Assembly: GCA_019058015.1 (NCBI GenBank)
Contig: JAHLWH010000280.1
Location: forward strand, 1 to 13,494
Reading direction: 5' to 3'
From: Promethearchaeota archaeon
Lineage (GTDB): Archaea; Asgardarchaeota; Lokiarchaeia; Sigyniarchaeales; SOKP01
Length of the DNA: 13,494 nt
Shown here piece by piece: positions 1-6,523 of this stretch. How positions within the stretch are numbered: position 1 is the stretch's first letter; every line of letters starts with the position of its first letter. Below the pieces are notes generated by a model that was given only the letters and a program-made list of their open reading frames with translations, had not been told where the DNA came from and did no database searches. Made by a program: the position numbers and the translations under genes.

Positions 1-1
1 A

Positions 2-247
2 TATTCCTTGGATAAATTCACATTTCCATTATCACAAAAATTGAGGCATCTGATGAAAAAATATTCTATAAAACCAAACTGGCCATATAGATTTCGATGG
101 TTTTTAGACCATGCTCATAATCCTTCCACCTTTCAAATATATTCAGCTCCTATTCTCCAATTTTTATTAAGATCATTTAAGACTCTTTTAATTAATCCTA
201 TTGGTTATATACTTTCAAAAAGAAATAGAATATTAACTAAAAAATAA
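2..247 (+). CDS. Possible 3' end of a hypothetical protein entering from the left edge
   Basis: Frame of ORF 8..247 is open back to position 2 (YSLDKFTF...), with stop TAA at 245-247. No recognisable motif; could be spurious. Confidence 0.35.
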   Translation, partial: YSLDKFTFPLSQKLRHLMKKYSIKPNWPYRFRWFLDHAHNPSTFQIYSAPILQFLLRSFKTLLINPIGYILSKRNRILTKK

Positions 248-291
248 GTTGTATTATGAAAAAGTTTAAAATAATTTAAAATCTATATCGA

Positions 292-498
292 TTAATTTTC
301 GCCAAAAAATTTACCAGAACCCGATTTTGGAATATTATCCACAAATTCGACCTCACAAATCTTCTTATAAGCAGAAATCCTTTCAATAACCCAATCCATA
401 ATTTCCTGCTCAAACACTTTACCCTTAGACTTGGGTTTTAAAATTATAAAAGCCTTCGGAATTTGACCAACATCAACGTTTCCAGATTTCTCACGGAA
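292..498 (-). pseudogene. AMP-binding enzyme (acyl-CoA synthetase / long-chain fatty acid-CoA ligase) C-terminal domain remnant
   Basis: Manual translation gives FREKSGNVDVGQIPKAFIILKPKSKGKVFEQEIMDWVIERISAYKKICEVEFVDNIPKSGSGKFFGEN*. This matches the AMP-binding_C pattern GExPKAFVVL...YKxxxxVEFVDxIPKSxSGK(ILRRxL). An in-frame TAG lies at 499-501. After GK a frameshift puts the expected RKLID tail in another frame. The large N-terminal domain is absent. Confidence 0.85.
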
Positions 499-612
499 CT
501 AATAGATCTTACTACACATTTTCGATAAGTGCAGATAATTAATTTTCCATTTCTTATTTATTTGCTAGATTTAAAAATTCAAAATATTATTGAAAAATAT
601 TTTTTCCACGTT
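486..612. repeat. Dispersed direct repeat, copy 1 (127 bp)
   Basis: Aligns without gaps to 4574-4700 (offset 4088). Manual count: 6 mismatches in the 79-bp core (534-612 vs 4622-4700) and 17 in the 48-bp left part. Confidence 0.9.
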
Positions 613-703
613 ATTAACTGTATTAAATATTTTCAAATCTTATTTAATAATGAAAAAAATAATTACATATAATTTGTAAATAATTGCAATGGAAAAAATA
701 TTT
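595..703. repeat. Perfect 14-bp inverted repeat (AAATATTTTTTCCA 595-608 / TGGAAAAAATATTT 690-703)
   Basis: Seen directly. The right arm overlaps the putative BRE/TATA of the RHH gene. Low complexity weakens its significance. Confidence 0.6.
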
Positions 704-758
704 ATAAAGTTAGATTGCATCAATATTTTCAACAGAAAGAGATTTAATTTTTAGGAGA
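691..758 (+). promoter_or_regulatory. Putative archaeal promoter and RBS of the RHH gene
   Basis: Purine-rich GGAAAAAA followed by TTTATAAA (701-708). AGGAGA at 753-758 lies 9 nt before ATG 768. Confidence 0.5.
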
Positions 759-767
759 ATTAAATTT

Positions 768-1172
768 ATGAAATTAATTAAGATTAATTTACCAGATTCC
801 TATATCAAGTCATTACAAGAAGCAGTTCTATGCTCTGGTGGTAGTAGGTCAAAACATCTGCGAGTAGCAATCAGAGACCTCATAGTAAATGAAAGAGGAT
901 TATTTGAGAAGAGAGAGAATGAAATTAAGGAAAAGAAGATCACCAGGTTTTTTGATTATTGTATTAAGTGCGATAGAAAGCTCGACACCACAGCAAGGAG
1001 GAATCATCATTTTCATAAAAATATTGAAGTTTTCGAATTGAGATTTTGTTGTTCTTGCCATAAGCAATTTAAAGATAAAACATTAGACGAATTTCCAGCA
1101 GGTTTAATTGATAGCATTCAGAAAAAGGTAAAAGCATATAAAAAATATAGCTTAAGAAATCCACCTCTTTGA
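768..1172 (+). CDS. Ribbon-helix-helix (CopG/CdrS-like) DNA-binding protein with C-terminal Cys4 zinc finger
   Basis: N-terminus MKLIKINLPDSYIKSL...SRSKHLRVAIRDLI fits the RHH pattern (alternating beta strand, then SRSxxIRxAIRxL). The C-terminal half has CIKC...CCSC and a His cluster (NHHFH). Confidence 0.8.
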   Translation: MKLIKINLPDSYIKSLQEAVLCSGGSRSKHLRVAIRDLIVNERGLFEKRENEIKEKKITRFFDYCIKCDRKLDTTARRNHHFHKNIEVFELRFCCSCHKQFKDKTLDEFPAGLIDSIQKKVKAYKKYSLRNPPL

Positions 1173-1513
1173 GCGGCATCTTTGATTTTTTATCTGATTT
1201 CTCTCATTTACTATGTAATTATTTATTAAATTTGTCTTTATAAGTTCTTTTAAATAATGATTATTCGTTCTTGAGGATAATTTTATATTTTCTACTAATT
1301 CTGAGAAGGAAATTTTTTATGTTGAAAATAAGTTTATTTATTTAGAAAATTTATTGGAAATATACGAGAAAATGGAATTGTATAGTTAAATTAATTTATA
1401 TAATTTTATCGTAAAAACATAAAACTGCACATCAATTAATATATTTTTTAGATTTCTATGAAAAATTAAACTTTTTTAAAGATTTAAACTCATATTGTAA
1501 AAAAACAAAAATT

Positions 1514-1948
1514 TTGATACTAGGATCTTATCATCCAGATAATCTTCCAACTGTAGAGCAATTTAAAAGTTTTTTAATCAAAGAAGGTTTTGAAAATACA
1601 AAACTAGCTACTGAATTGATAAAAATTCCAGTTGGGATTGAATATGATAAAAAAATGAATAAAATTTTATCACAAATAGAAAACGAGATGAATAATGCTG
1701 AATTTAATATTTTTGTTTTTTTCATAAAAGAAAATGAATCTACGGTCCAAGAGTTAAATTGTTTTATTAATAATCCAAATTTTTTAGAAAAACATAAAAA
1801 AACTCTAGTTTTATTTCCAAAACGCCAATTCAGTTCTATGGTAAGTGGGTTTATTAGACGAAAAAAGTTATATATTTTTAAATATGAAAATGAATTTGAA
1901 TTTTATCAATATACATGCTCTTTTATTAGAAGAAATTTAATTTATTAA
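1514..1948 (+). CDS. Hypothetical protein, probable TIR / nucleoside 2-deoxyribosyltransferase-like flavodoxin fold
   Basis: Alternating beta/alpha pattern: (K)ILILGSY, helix, AEFNIFVF, ESTVQEL (candidate catalytic Glu), KTLVLFP. The frame is open upstream to 1415 without ATG/GTG, so the true start is uncertain. Confidence 0.6.
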   Translation: MILGSYHPDNLPTVEQFKSFLIKEGFENTKLATELIKIPVGIEYDKKMNKILSQIENEMNNAEFNIFVFFIKENESTVQELNCFINNPNFLEKHKKTLVLFPKRQFSSMVSGFIRRKKLYIFKYENEFEFYQYTCSFIRRNLIY

Positions 1949-1962
1949 TTTTTTTAAATCAA

Positions 1963-2019
1963 ATTTCTTTAAAGAAATAGGTAAATTTTTATATACCTAG
2001 ATAAATTTTTATTATATAC
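1963..2019 (+). promoter_or_regulatory. Operator/promoter of the wHTH gene
   Basis: Perfect 16-bp palindrome ATTTCTTTAAAGAAAT (1963-1978). TAGGTA-N10-TACCTA (1978-1999) encloses TTTTTATATA. Tandem TAGRTAAATTTTTAT units start at 1978 and 1998. Confidence 0.5.
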
Positions 2020-2038
2020 TTAAAAAAAAAGATGAAAT

Positions 2039-2440
2039 ATGAAATTTAATTTTAAAGATTATCTTAATCAAATACCGAATGAGTTTGAATTCGCATTAAA
2101 AAGCATAGGAAATAAATTTAGATTGGCATTATCTATATTATTAATAGATCATGGGCCTTTATCATTTTCGAATATTGCTAAGATTACAGGAAAAGAAAAA
2201 AGTTTAATTGGTAATCATATAAAAAAGTTAGAATTTGGTGGAATAATACAAAATTTTTTACAAAAGAAAGAAGATACAAATGAATATTCTTTTTATGAAA
2301 TAACTGAATATGGTAAAAATATAGTTTCTAATTTAATATTAAATTTTAATACTTATTATTCTAAATTAGAGCACAATATAGAGGAACGATCCCAAGAATT
2401 GAGACCAATTAAGAGAAAATACATTAATGAAAAATTATAA
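2039..2440 (+). CDS. ArsR-like winged helix-turn-helix transcriptional regulator
   Basis: ALKSIGNKFRLALSILL...LSFSNIAKITGKEKSLIGNHIKKLEFGGII...YEITEYG is the typical ArsR/wHTH pattern. Confidence 0.85.
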   Translation: MKFNFKDYLNQIPNEFEFALKSIGNKFRLALSILLIDHGPLSFSNIAKITGKEKSLIGNHIKKLEFGGIIQNFLQKKEDTNEYSFYEITEYGKNIVSNLILNFNTYYSKLEHNIEERSQELRPIKRKYINEKL

Positions 2441-2509
2441 CTTAATAAATGCTTTTAATAAAGGTCCCCTACATGATTTCCGTTAATTAGTAATAATTTA
2501 TAATTCTTC

Positions 2510-2662
2510 CTAGATTTCTTTTGGATAATTTTTATTTTGGCAATTATAACATAATTCATTATTTTCACTAACCTGTTTGCACTTAGGACAGGAATGTTCA
2601 TCAATTAATTTTACATATACTCCGTTATCTAATATTATTTTTCCTTCTTCTTCTCGTACCAT
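2510..2662 (-). CDS. 50-aa double-zinc-ribbon microprotein (possible truncated ComF/PRTase N-terminus); missing from the ORF track
   Basis: ATG 2662-2660 directly follows the dprA TAA (TAAATG). Translation: MVREEEGKIILDNGVYVKLIDEHSCPKCKQVSENNELCYNCQNKNYPKEI* with CPKC-x9-CYNC. Stop TAG at 2512-2510. Confidence 0.7.
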   Translation of the reverse strand: MVREEEGKIILDNGVYVKLIDEHSCPKCKQVSENNELCYNCQNKNYPKEI

Positions 2663-3646
2663 TTATTTCGACTTCTCCTGTTTTATAAACTTGTCAAGAG
2701 TTGATGTTAGATGATCATCTTTAATTTTCTTCTTTTCTATTTTATTCTCATGGAAATTTAGGTAGTCTATTATCTCTTGTGGAGATTCTACTTCAATTGC
2801 ACCTTCATTTATCAATTTTAATGGCAATTCTGAGACTTTGCGATTGTAATCAATGGGCTTTAAGGCAAAGATTATTTTTTTTTGTTCTTTTGCAAATCTG
2901 ACTTCATGACTAGTTCCACTTTTTAAACTTCCTTCAATAATCAGAGATGCTTGGGTTAATCCGCCAATTATCCTATTTCTATTTACTAAATCAAACTTAT
3001 TCATTTTTTCATTATTATTATATTCGGAGATTAGTGCCCCTTCTCTTATTATCTCTTGAGCAAGTTCAGAATGTTCTTTTGGATAAATGTTCTCAACCCC
3101 ATGTCCTAATACTGCAATTGTTTTACCTCCACCTTCTAAAGCGCCTAAATGTGCTTCCATATCTATTCCCCTCGCTAGACCACTAACAATGACATATCCC
3201 ATTTCAGCTAGACTTTTTGCTATAGATCTGGCTTTAGTATGACCGTAAAAAGATGGATTGCGAGTGCCGATAATAGAAATTGATTTTGCCAATTCATTGA
3301 AAATTAGGTTTCCCTTTAGGTATAAATAAATTGGTGGATTTTTTATTTTCTTTAATAGGATTGGATAATTTTTATTAAAAAAGGAGATAGGTTTAATATC
3401 TTTGTAATAGATATTTTTTACATAATTATCAATCTCTTTTTTAGCCATATCCTTATTATTCTGTTTTTCACGTATTTGATTTAAAACTTTCTCATCTTTT
3501 ATTATTTTATAATATTCTTCAATAGAAGAATTAAATGCATATTCAAGATCTCCAAAATAATTATAAATTTTCTGAATTTTCTTGATCCCTAATCCCTTAA
3601 TTCCTTTAAATAAAAATAGATATAAATCAGATCCATCTATTTCCAA
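2663..3646 (-). CDS. dprA: DNA-processing protein DprA/Smf (SLOG fold)
   Basis: N-terminal SAM/HhH-like IKGLGIKK, then YPxxLxxIxNPP, IIGTR, IVSGLARGID, TIAVLGHG, GALISEY, RNRIIGGL, SGT and LINEGA. TTG start. No C-terminal winged helix. Confidence 0.93.
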   Translation of the reverse strand: MEIDGSDLYLFLFKGIKGLGIKKIQKIYNYFGDLEYAFNSSIEEYYKIIKDEKVLNQIREKQNNKDMAKKEIDNYVKNIYYKDIKPISFFNKNYPILLKKIKNPPIYLYLKGNLIFNELAKSISIIGTRNPSFYGHTKARSIAKSLAEMGYVIVSGLARGIDMEAHLGALEGGGKTIAVLGHGVENIYPKEHSELAQEIIREGALISEYNNNEKMNKFDLVNRNRIIGGLTQASLIIEGSLKSGTSHEVRFAKEQKKIIFALKPIDYNRKVSELPLKLINEGAIEVESPQEIIDYLNFHENKIEKKKIKDDHLTSTLDKFIKQEKSK

Positions 3647-3957
3647 TTTTTATTCACAATTTTTTCTAATAATCTCATATTAAATGATAATTAACAATCT
3701 ATTAAATCTTAAGGACTTTAATGGATTAGAGTAAATTCAATCTTAATTATTTAAGATATTATTAATAATTAATTTTATTAAAATCCAATTCCTTGGAATA
3801 ATGTTTCAAATTAAAATATTATTTCTTTAGCTATTTCTATGATGTATTTTATTACTATATTTATTTGGTTTTCTATTGTGTCTTTCCCTTTGACTGCTTA
3901 TATTTACAAAAGAAGTTCAAATAATTTAAAAAAAATAAGAACTTAAGAATCTTTAAG

Positions 3958-4476
3958 ATGGCAAAAAAGGTTTTTGAAATGGACCGAATCATAATTTTTA
4001 TAGATAATAGCAACATTTTCAAGGGTTTTAGGAAGTATAACATCAAGGCAGACTATGAAAAATTGAAAAACATAATAACTAAGGGCCGAAAATTACAGGG
4101 CATATTTTTATATGAAGGCGTGGTGTATCCCATGAGTCCAGAGAAAAAGAAGTGGTATGAGGAATTAAGTAATAGAAGTGGATATATGATTAAAGCGAGT
4201 TTTAATAAGATAGCGTTTAAAGATGCCATTGAAAAGAAAGTTGATATAAAAATCGCGATTGATATAATCTCTCTTGCGCATGAAAATGCATATGATACGG
4301 CGGTATTGGTATCTGGAGATGGGGATTTTTTACCTGTTGTTAAGAAAGTAAAAGAATTGAATAAAAATTTGGAACTATGGGCGTTTAGATATTCTTTAGC
4401 AAATGCCTTAAAGGAAAAACTCGAACAGCAGAATATCAATTATCTCGATGGAATCTTGAGTGAAATAAAGATGTAA
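3958..4476 (+). CDS. NYN domain (LabA/DUF88, PIN-like) ribonuclease
   Basis: FIDNSN, EKKVDIKIAID and AVLVSGDGDFLPVV motifs with the acidic catalytic residues intact. Confidence 0.92.
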   Translation: MAKKVFEMDRIIIFIDNSNIFKGFRKYNIKADYEKLKNIITKGRKLQGIFLYEGVVYPMSPEKKKWYEELSNRSGYMIKASFNKIAFKDAIEKKVDIKIAIDIISLAHENAYDTAVLVSGDGDFLPVVKKVKELNKNLELWAFRYSLANALKEKLEQQNINYLDGILSEIKM

Positions 4477-4573
4477 TATGGACAGATTTTCTTAATTTAT
4501 GTTTTATTGGTATGAAGTTTCTTTTCGAAATTGGATTTCAAGATTTTATTATGAAAAAATTCTGCATTTTCCT

Positions 4574-4700
4574 ATTTCTCCCAGAGCTGATAAACATCAC
4601 TACCCATTTCTGACGAGAATGGATAATTAATTCTTCATCTTTTATTTATTTGCTAGATTAAAAAATTCAAAATATTATTGAAAAATATTTTTTTCACGTT
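4574..4700. repeat. Dispersed direct repeat, copy 2 (127 bp)
   Basis: Ungapped match to 486-612. An extra AATATTTTTTCCACG unit follows at 4709-4723. Confidence 0.9.
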
Positions 4701-4727
4701 TACAATATAATATTTTTTCCACGGTTC

Positions 4728-4841
4728 CAATGAAATTTTAACAAAATCCTGATTCTTAATTCTCTTTTAAAATTTCATTGAATAACACGATATCAGGATT
4801 TTTTTCTTATTATCAGGAATCAGGATTTTTTTTCTTATTAT
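4728..4841. repeat. Interlocked inverted repeats plus short tandem duplication at the 3' end of sulfatase 1
   Basis: Perfect 14-bp IR 4728-4741/4767-4780. 13-bp IR 4743-4755/4817-4829, with an 11-bp partner at 4792-4802. Tandem ATCAGGA(T7-8)CTTATTAT at 4792-4813 and 4819-4841. Confidence 0.85.
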
Positions 4842-6249
4842 ACCAATCAATAGGCTCCCATAATTTTGATTTACCTTGTATTAAAAGCTCACCTTTCCCA
4901 TCCTTCTCTATTATTTTGAAAAGGTCGTTGCATATATCTGGGTTATCATCCGCAATATTTTGGTTCCACTCAGGATCTTTTGACAAATCAAATAATTTTT
5001 GATCGGACTTATCGTTAGAAGTGATTAACGCGTAGTGGTCATCTTTATATAAGGAATAAACATGAAATCCACAAGTTATATAATTTCGATTTTCTAAAGA
5101 TTGATCGCCTTCTTTAAGAAATAGAGAGAGATCTATGCCTTCAAAAACATCTGGTTTTTCTTTACCTAAAAATCCGAATAACGTTGGTAAAATATCGTGG
5201 TCATAGACATAGGTTTTTTTAATTCTTTTTGGACCATTTAACCCTCCAGGTGGTTTAATCATAAAAGGGATATCTATAAGTTCGGGATACAAATGCATTG
5301 GAATTTTACCTGTAGCATTATGTTCTCCTATGCTATAGCCGTGATCACTTATTAGGATAATTAAAGAATCATCGTATAATTCCAAATTCTTTAATTCTTC
5401 AATAAAATAACCAAACCAATTGTCGCACATTGAAACTTCTCCAGCATAGCAGGCTCTCATATATTTCAATTCTCCATTAGTAAGATAATCAATACCGATT
5501 CGATAAGCGGGTGTAACAACTTTCTTTCCAGCATAATTCTTATCTACATATAGATCTCGATATTTCTGAGGGGGATCCCAGGGTTCATGTGGATCAAATT
5601 CATCAATATGACTAAAAATATTATTGATATTCATTGTATCCTTAACAAATTCTACTGCTTTTTTAAAAGTCTGTGCTGGAAAGTAATCTTCTTCGTTCTT
5701 TCTATTTTGAACATTACTAAAGTGAGCTCTTAGCACTTGCTTTTGTAATTTTCTGGCAGCGAAATCTTTTTTGACGGTATATTCTTTTAATTTTTGATTA
5801 AGTTTGGAACGCCCTTCCCTAAACCTTACTCTAAATTTATCATTCTCATGACCTCGAATCCAGTTCCATTGATCGAATCCAAGATGAAAATTCATATTAG
5901 GTTTGAACTGATGGTAAGTGCTAGTGATAAAAGAAGTAATAAATAGATTTTTTCTCATATATTCTGCTAAATGCATCTGCTGTGGGGGTATGGGATCCCA
6001 TCCCGGAGTCTTTACAACATCATCATCTCGAAGTTTTGGTTTTTCGTGATTAAAGGGATATGTTCGTATTCCGGTATGTATTGCTCTGCGAACTGGAATT
6101 GTTGGTAGTGATTCGGGATATGCTTTATCAAAGACGATCGAATCCTTAGCAAAGTTATCAAAATTAGGATTTTTTATCCATGAATTGTCATAAACTTTCC
6201 CCGTATGGTCTTTTCTTAAAGTATCAAAAATTATTAAAAATATTTTCAT
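4813..6249 (-). CDS. Sulfatase-like hydrolase (alkaline phosphatase superfamily), Thr-type, paralog 1
   Basis: IIFDTLRKDH, TIPVRRAIHTG (CxPxRxxxxTG equivalent), FDPHEPWDPP, YAGEVSMCD, ISDHG...GEH...GK and LFDLSKDPE. No signal peptide. Confidence 0.92.
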   Translation of the reverse strand: MKIFLIIFDTLRKDHTGKVYDNSWIKNPNFDNFAKDSIVFDKAYPESLPTIPVRRAIHTGIRTYPFNHEKPKLRDDDVVKTPGWDPIPPQQMHLAEYMRKNLFITSFITSTYHQFKPNMNFHLGFDQWNWIRGHENDKFRVRFREGRSKLNQKLKEYTVKKDFAARKLQKQVLRAHFSNVQNRKNEEDYFPAQTFKKAVEFVKDTMNINNIFSHIDEFDPHEPWDPPQKYRDLYVDKNYAGKKVVTPAYRIGIDYLTNGELKYMRACYAGEVSMCDNWFGYFIEELKNLELYDDSLIILISDHGYSIGEHNATGKIPMHLYPELIDIPFMIKPPGGLNGPKRIKKTYVYDHDILPTLFGFLGKEKPDVFEGIDLSLFLKEGDQSLENRNYITCGFHVYSLYKDDHYALITSNDKSDQKLFDLSKDPEWNQNIADDNPDICNDLFKIIEKDGKGELLIQGKSKLWEPIDWYNKKKNPDS

Positions 6250-6523
6250 ATTTAAATCAGTTATATTTTATTTTTTAAGTAATATATGTCTTTTTCTCGT
6301 CTTTATTCTATTAAATGACGTTATCCCAAAGTTGAAATCTTAATTTATGATATTAATTGAGATGGAAATTTTTAAAATAATAGAAGTTAATATATAACTG
6401 AAAAATATAATATTAAGATTAAAAAAAAATAAGGTTTTAAAAACGGAAAAAGAAAATATTAAAGATTTATCTCCAAAAAAGCATTCAAAGAAGATTTTAG
6501 CGTCATTCCAACTTGGTGGTCTT

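Noticed and set aside
20-205. Minus-strand peptide EYI*KVEGL*AWSKNHRNL, faintly like an IS5-type transposase C-terminal motif
   Set aside because: Multiple stops, no DDE context and no terminal repeats; it lies antisense to an open frame.
1072-1097. PIP-like KTLDEF in the RHH protein
   Set aside because: It is internal, lacks Gln and is followed by Pro; too weak to support.
3811-3897. Minus-strand peptide AVKGKDTIENQINIVIKY, faintly like a serine recombinase N-terminus
   Set aside because: Only 28 codons, no start codon, and the catalytic Y-x-R-V-S motif is absent.
4728-4815. SECIS / selenocysteine read-through at the sulfatase 1 TGA (hairpin containing ATGA in the 3' UTR)
   Set aside because: TGA is followed by TAA TAA in frame. 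The ATGA is Watson-Crick paired rather than forming a GA/AG quartet, and there is no internal in-frame TGA.
4816-4836. Programmed -1 frameshift at A_AAA_AAT before the structured region
   Set aside because: The -1 frame reaches TGA almost immediately, so no meaningful extension results.
4792-4841. Mini CRISPR array
   Set aside because: There are only two 22-23 bp units separated by 5 bp, one lies inside a CDS, and there are no spacers or cas genes.
6362-6397. In-frame ATG upstream of the transporter, separated by TAA (possible read-through)
   Set aside because: The stop is TAA within a TATA-like box and the peptide is low-complexity, so it is most simply promoter DNA.
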